Positions 24,818 to 27,274 of a DNA stretch of 27,274 nt are shown in pieces (positions within the stretch are counted from its first letter, which is position 1; every line of letters begins with the position of its first letter). The DNA is taken from contig JAHFTU010000001.1 of assembly GCA_023269295.1 (NCBI GenBank), positions 1-27,274 of the forward strand. Direction: 5' to 3'. The DNA comes from Candidatus Woesearchaeota archaeon (GTDB lineage: Archaea > Nanobdellota > Nanobdellia > Woesearchaeales > UBA10216). The translations under genes and the position numbers were made by a program. The notes below the pieces were generated by a model that did no database searches, was not told the origin of the DNA, and was given only the letters and a program-made list of their open reading frames with translations.

Positions 24818-25033
24818 ATGCCAGACGGTAACATCCAAGTCGTAATACTCTCAATAATCATAGGCACCCTTGCCGCAATTGTTTACTCACTCAGGATTCT
24901 CGTGTTGATGGAAAGAAGAATGGCGCGAATTGACGAAAACCTCTTTGCCATAACGAAGAGGATAGCCCTTGAGGAAATAAAGATAGAAAGGGAAGAGAAG
25001 AAAATAGAAAAAAGAATCGGAAGAAGGCGCTAA
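24818..25033 (+). CDS. Small single-pass membrane protein with coiled-coil tail
   Basis: GAGGTG RBS at 24807-24812; a hydrophobic helix VVILSIIIGTLAAIVYSLRILVLM followed by a charged heptad tail. Confidence 0.8.
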   Translation: MPDGNIQVVILSIIIGTLAAIVYSLRILVLMERRMARIDENLFAITKRIALEEIKIEREEKKIEKRIGRRR

Positions 25034-25038
25034 ACCCG

Positions 25039-25650
25039 CTAAACTTTTTTCTTGCCCCTTTTCTTTTCCACTTTTTCGAGCTCATCCAGCCTCGTGTTTT
25101 CCGTAAACCTGTCTTCACTTTCAACAGCTTTTTCATCCTCCAGTAGCCCAATTTCCTTCTCCAGTGCAATGATCTCATTACTCCAGTCCTTTACCTTGCC
25201 TGAATTGTTCTCTTGGTTCAGAAGCTCGCCGCACTCCGGGCAGCGGAAGGAAAGGTCAAAAGCCTTGTCAAAATCAACGCCAACACAGGCGTTTGCGCAC
25301 GAAAAAGGGCTGCTCCTGTTTTCCTTGGAAATAAACTCCCTTAACAGCTCAAGCCTGCCCTTTTTCTCATTTAGAAGAAAAGCACCAACCTTATCCTCAT
25401 GGAAAGTCCAATAATGGATATACCATCCAACCTTGTTGTCTTTTTTCTTAATAAATGAAGCAAGGCTGTAGTTATACAGCTTGTACAGCAAATTCCTGGT
25501 CTCATTGACCTCCCTGCCTACAGCTTCAGCAAGCTTAAACTCAGAATAATCTTTTTTCCTGGCAAGTTCTCTAACTACCTCAGCAACGTCTCCCCCCACA
25601 TACGGTTTCAACAAGCCAGCCACAAATTCTTTCCCTTTGTTTTGTTTCAT
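25039..25650 (-). CDS. tfe: Transcription initiation factor E (TFE, TFIIE-alpha homologue)
   Basis: wHTH SEFKLAEAVGREVNETRNLLYKLY...GWYIHYW and zinc ribbon FSCANAC...DKAFDLSFRCPECGELL. Confidence 0.93.
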   Translation of the reverse strand: MKQNKGKEFVAGLLKPYVGGDVAEVVRELARKKDYSEFKLAEAVGREVNETRNLLYKLYNYSLASFIKKKDNKVGWYIHYWTFHEDKVGAFLLNEKKGRLELLREFISKENRSSPFSCANACVGVDFDKAFDLSFRCPECGELLNQENNSGKVKDWSNEIIALEKEIGLLEDEKAVESEDRFTENTRLDELEKVEKKRGKKKV

Positions 25651-25726
25651 ATTCTTACACTAAAGAGCTTTTCCAAATCTATAAAAAGTTTTAGAAAAGA
25701 TTGAATTGCCAACCGACCAAAGATTA

Positions 25727-26119
25727 TCAAAACCGCCCAATCAGCTGCTCAAAAGTGAGGCCCTTTTCCTTTACCATCCTTACAGAAACTGAAAATCCTG
25801 TCCCTGTCTTCTTCAGGTCATCCGGACTGAAGAAAGCCCACTTCATATCGTTGAACCTCGCGCCGATCCAGGGCTCGGCACCGAACATCTTTGCAAAAGA
25901 CACGAGGTCATTTACCTGCTCTTTCTGCAAATGCCTGTTCAGGTCTCCGGATGACTTGCACTCTATTGCCAGCGTGCGGGTTGCGTTGGACGCGATTATG
26001 TCTGGGCAAGGGTAGGCCATAGAGCCAGAGCCGGCTGCTCTCAAAGCCGCCCATTTGTTGCCCCAGAACATATGAATGAGCTCACGCTCAGCGTTGCTTC
26101 CTTTCGCCTTTGCATTCAT
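25727..26119 (-). CDS. hjc: Archaeal Holliday junction resolvase
   Basis: KGSNAEREL, RAAGSG, PDIIAS and AIECKS, the PD-(D/E)xK nuclease motifs of Hjc. Confidence 0.95.
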   Translation of the reverse strand: MNAKAKGSNAERELIHMFWGNKWAALRAAGSGSMAYPCPDIIASNATRTLAIECKSSGDLNRHLQKEQVNDLVSFAKMFGAEPWIGARFNDMKWAFFSPDDLKKTGTGFSVSVRMVKEKGLTFEQLIGRF

Positions 26120-26150
26120 CTTTTTCCCCTTTTTTCCTGCTGCACAACTG

Positions 26151-26181
26151 CCGCATGACCTTTTAGCAAAAGGTCAATCAA
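26151..26181 (-). repeat. REP-like palindromic repeat, copy D
   Basis: Minus strand reads TTGAT-TGACCTTTT-GCT-AAAAGGTCA-TGCGG. Confidence 0.8.
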
Positions 26182-26196
26182 AACTATGCAGCTTGC

Positions 26197-27096
26197 CTAA
26201 ACGTTGACCCTCATAAAATCCTTGGCGCAGACCACATTATCAAAAGTGCCCCTGGCATTCTCTTCAAGCTCCCCAGTTGTCTTGTACCTTTGGGAGAAAT
26301 GAGTCAGAACAAGCTTTGCCGCCCCAGCCTTGTTTGCAATTGCAGCAGCCTGCCCGGCTGTAAGGTGCTTGTACTCGCCAGCCTTGCCTTCCAGCTCGTC
26401 AGCGTAAGTTGCCTCGCAGACCAGCAGGTCAGCATCCTTTGCAAGCCTTACAGCATTATTGCAAAGCTGCGTATCCATAATCACGGTGACCTTTTTACCA
26501 GGTGTCTTGAAAGTCACGTCAGCAGGCTTCACGGTTTTGCCTTTCCAGGTTACAGGCTTGCCTTCCTGGAGTTCTCCGAGCAGCGGCCCTTCAGGCACCC
26601 CAAGCTTCTTAACAGCTGCCATGTCAACATGAACCTTGTCCTTTTCCACTATGCTGTAGCCAAGGCATGGAACAGAATGTTCAAGGCTGGCAGCCTCAAG
26701 ATAAAAGTCGCCGGTTTCAAAAAACACCCCCCCATCAACATCGTGCACTTCAAGTTTGAGGCCTCCCCTTTTTTCCTCCATCAGGAATGCCTTCCGCATG
26801 AACTCCAGCTGCGTCTTTGTGCCTTTCGGGCCAAAAACCTGCAGGCGGTGTTCGGTTGTTGAGCTGTTCAGCGTCTGAATCAGCCCAGGAAGCCCAAGTA
26901 CATGGTCGCCGTGCCAGTGGCTTATCAGGACCTTTGTCACTTTCGTAAGCGGGATGCCAGTAATCTTGAACTGCCGCTGCGTCCCCTCACCGCAGTCAAC
27001 CAAAATCCCCTCAGTCCTGTAACTAACAAAAACAGCCGACTGGTTTCTCTCCTTTGTCGGCACCATTGAGCTTGTCCCCAAAAACGTCACTTCCAT
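26197..27096 (-). CDS. rnz: Ribonuclease Z (tRNA 3' processing)
   Basis: FLGTSSMVPTKERN, DCGEGTQRQ, SHWHGDHVLG, exosite GVPEGPLLGELQEG, CEATY, HLTA and THFSQRY. The ATG at 27096 lies about 23 nt from a TTAAATAA box. Confidence 0.96.
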   Translation of the reverse strand: MEVTFLGTSSMVPTKERNQSAVFVSYRTEGILVDCGEGTQRQFKITGIPLTKVTKVLISHWHGDHVLGLPGLIQTLNSSTTEHRLQVFGPKGTKTQLEFMRKAFLMEEKRGGLKLEVHDVDGGVFFETGDFYLEAASLEHSVPCLGYSIVEKDKVHVDMAAVKKLGVPEGPLLGELQEGKPVTWKGKTVKPADVTFKTPGKKVTVIMDTQLCNNAVRLAKDADLLVCEATYADELEGKAGEYKHLTAGQAAAIANKAGAAKLVLTHFSQRYKTTGELEENARGTFDNVVCAKDFMRVNV

Positions 27097-27194
27097 AACA
27101 GGAGAGGCGTGCGGCAACTTATTTAAGCGTTATGATTTACATGCAGGCATTTCTAGCAAAAGGCTTTTAAAACAACCCATAAACCAAACAAGCC

Positions 27195-27274
27195 ATGGAA
27201 GCCACAGCAGTTGATTTGAAAGAGAAAGCCAAAGAAACTGGCAAATCTGAGCAGAAATCCGAGCCTAAAACTCC
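27195..27274 (+). CDS. Partial CDS (Lys/Glu-rich N-terminus), 3'-truncated by the window edge
   Basis: ATG about 23 nt downstream of TTTTAAAA (27165-27172); the frame MEATAVDLKEKAKETGKSEQKSEPKT is open to the window end. Confidence 0.55.
   Translation, partial: MEATAVDLKEKAKETGKSEQKSEPKT

Noticed and set aside
23846-25039. Complete DGR cassette (RT, Avd, TR) around the target-like gene
   Set aside because: There is no RT motif (YxDD) ORF, and no second copy of the VR sequence was found by eye in the window.
2170-26181. CRISPR array interpretation of the palindromic repeats
   Set aside because: The copies are kilobases apart, with no regular repeat-spacer periodicity and no cas genes.
120-26862. 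Numerous antisense or alternate-frame ORFs in the track (e.g. 5347-5973, 8057-8632, 9670-10314, 19245-19952, 26290-26862, 7524-7901, 13008-13343)
   Set aside because: They overlap well-supported genes on the opposite strand or in another frame and show no recognisable motifs; they are shadow ORFs.
27140-27166. Further repeat-family copy (TAGCAAAAGG)
   Set aside because: It shares only a 10-mer with copy D and has no complementary arm or TTGAT motif.

Overview
This is a gene-dense archaeal chromosomal segment. Its gene content and protein style point to a DPANN lineage, probably Woesearchaeota-like (inference; no database search was run). It carries a replication/transcription core: topA (3' end), tbp, mcm, an RPA32-like OB-fold gene, aIF-2beta, DUF424, polD large and small subunits, cdc6/orc1, a TrmB-family regulator, tfe, hjc and rnz. 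There is also a translin-gatC-gatA-aspS-Ham1-acyltransferase operon. Five signals stand out. (1) A candidate oriC lies directly upstream of cdc6, with inverted ORB-like boxes and G-strings around an AT-rich core, and a near-identical lone ORB lies upstream of tbp-mcm. (2) A stand-alone gene at 23914-24720 looks like a DPANN diversity-generating retroelement (DGR) target: a GRLVGVAPEA C-terminus, an NNY-codon-rich variable region and a GCGCC-GGA-GGCGC hairpin. No reverse transcriptase or template repeat is in the window, so it would be a remote target. (3) A family of intergenic REP-like palindromes (TTGAT + covarying hairpin + TGC) occurs four times, plus one expanded multi-hairpin version; two copies supply the mcm stop codon and the RPA start codon. 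(4) Several enzymes look atypical: a bacterial-type AspRS, a PlsC-like acyltransferase with HX4N in place of HX4D, and a Ham1 pyrophosphatase lacking the SHR motif. (5) A 3.7 kb pair of divergent orphan genes includes a ~940 aa helical-repeat protein. No rRNA, tRNA, CRISPR array or transposase was recognised.
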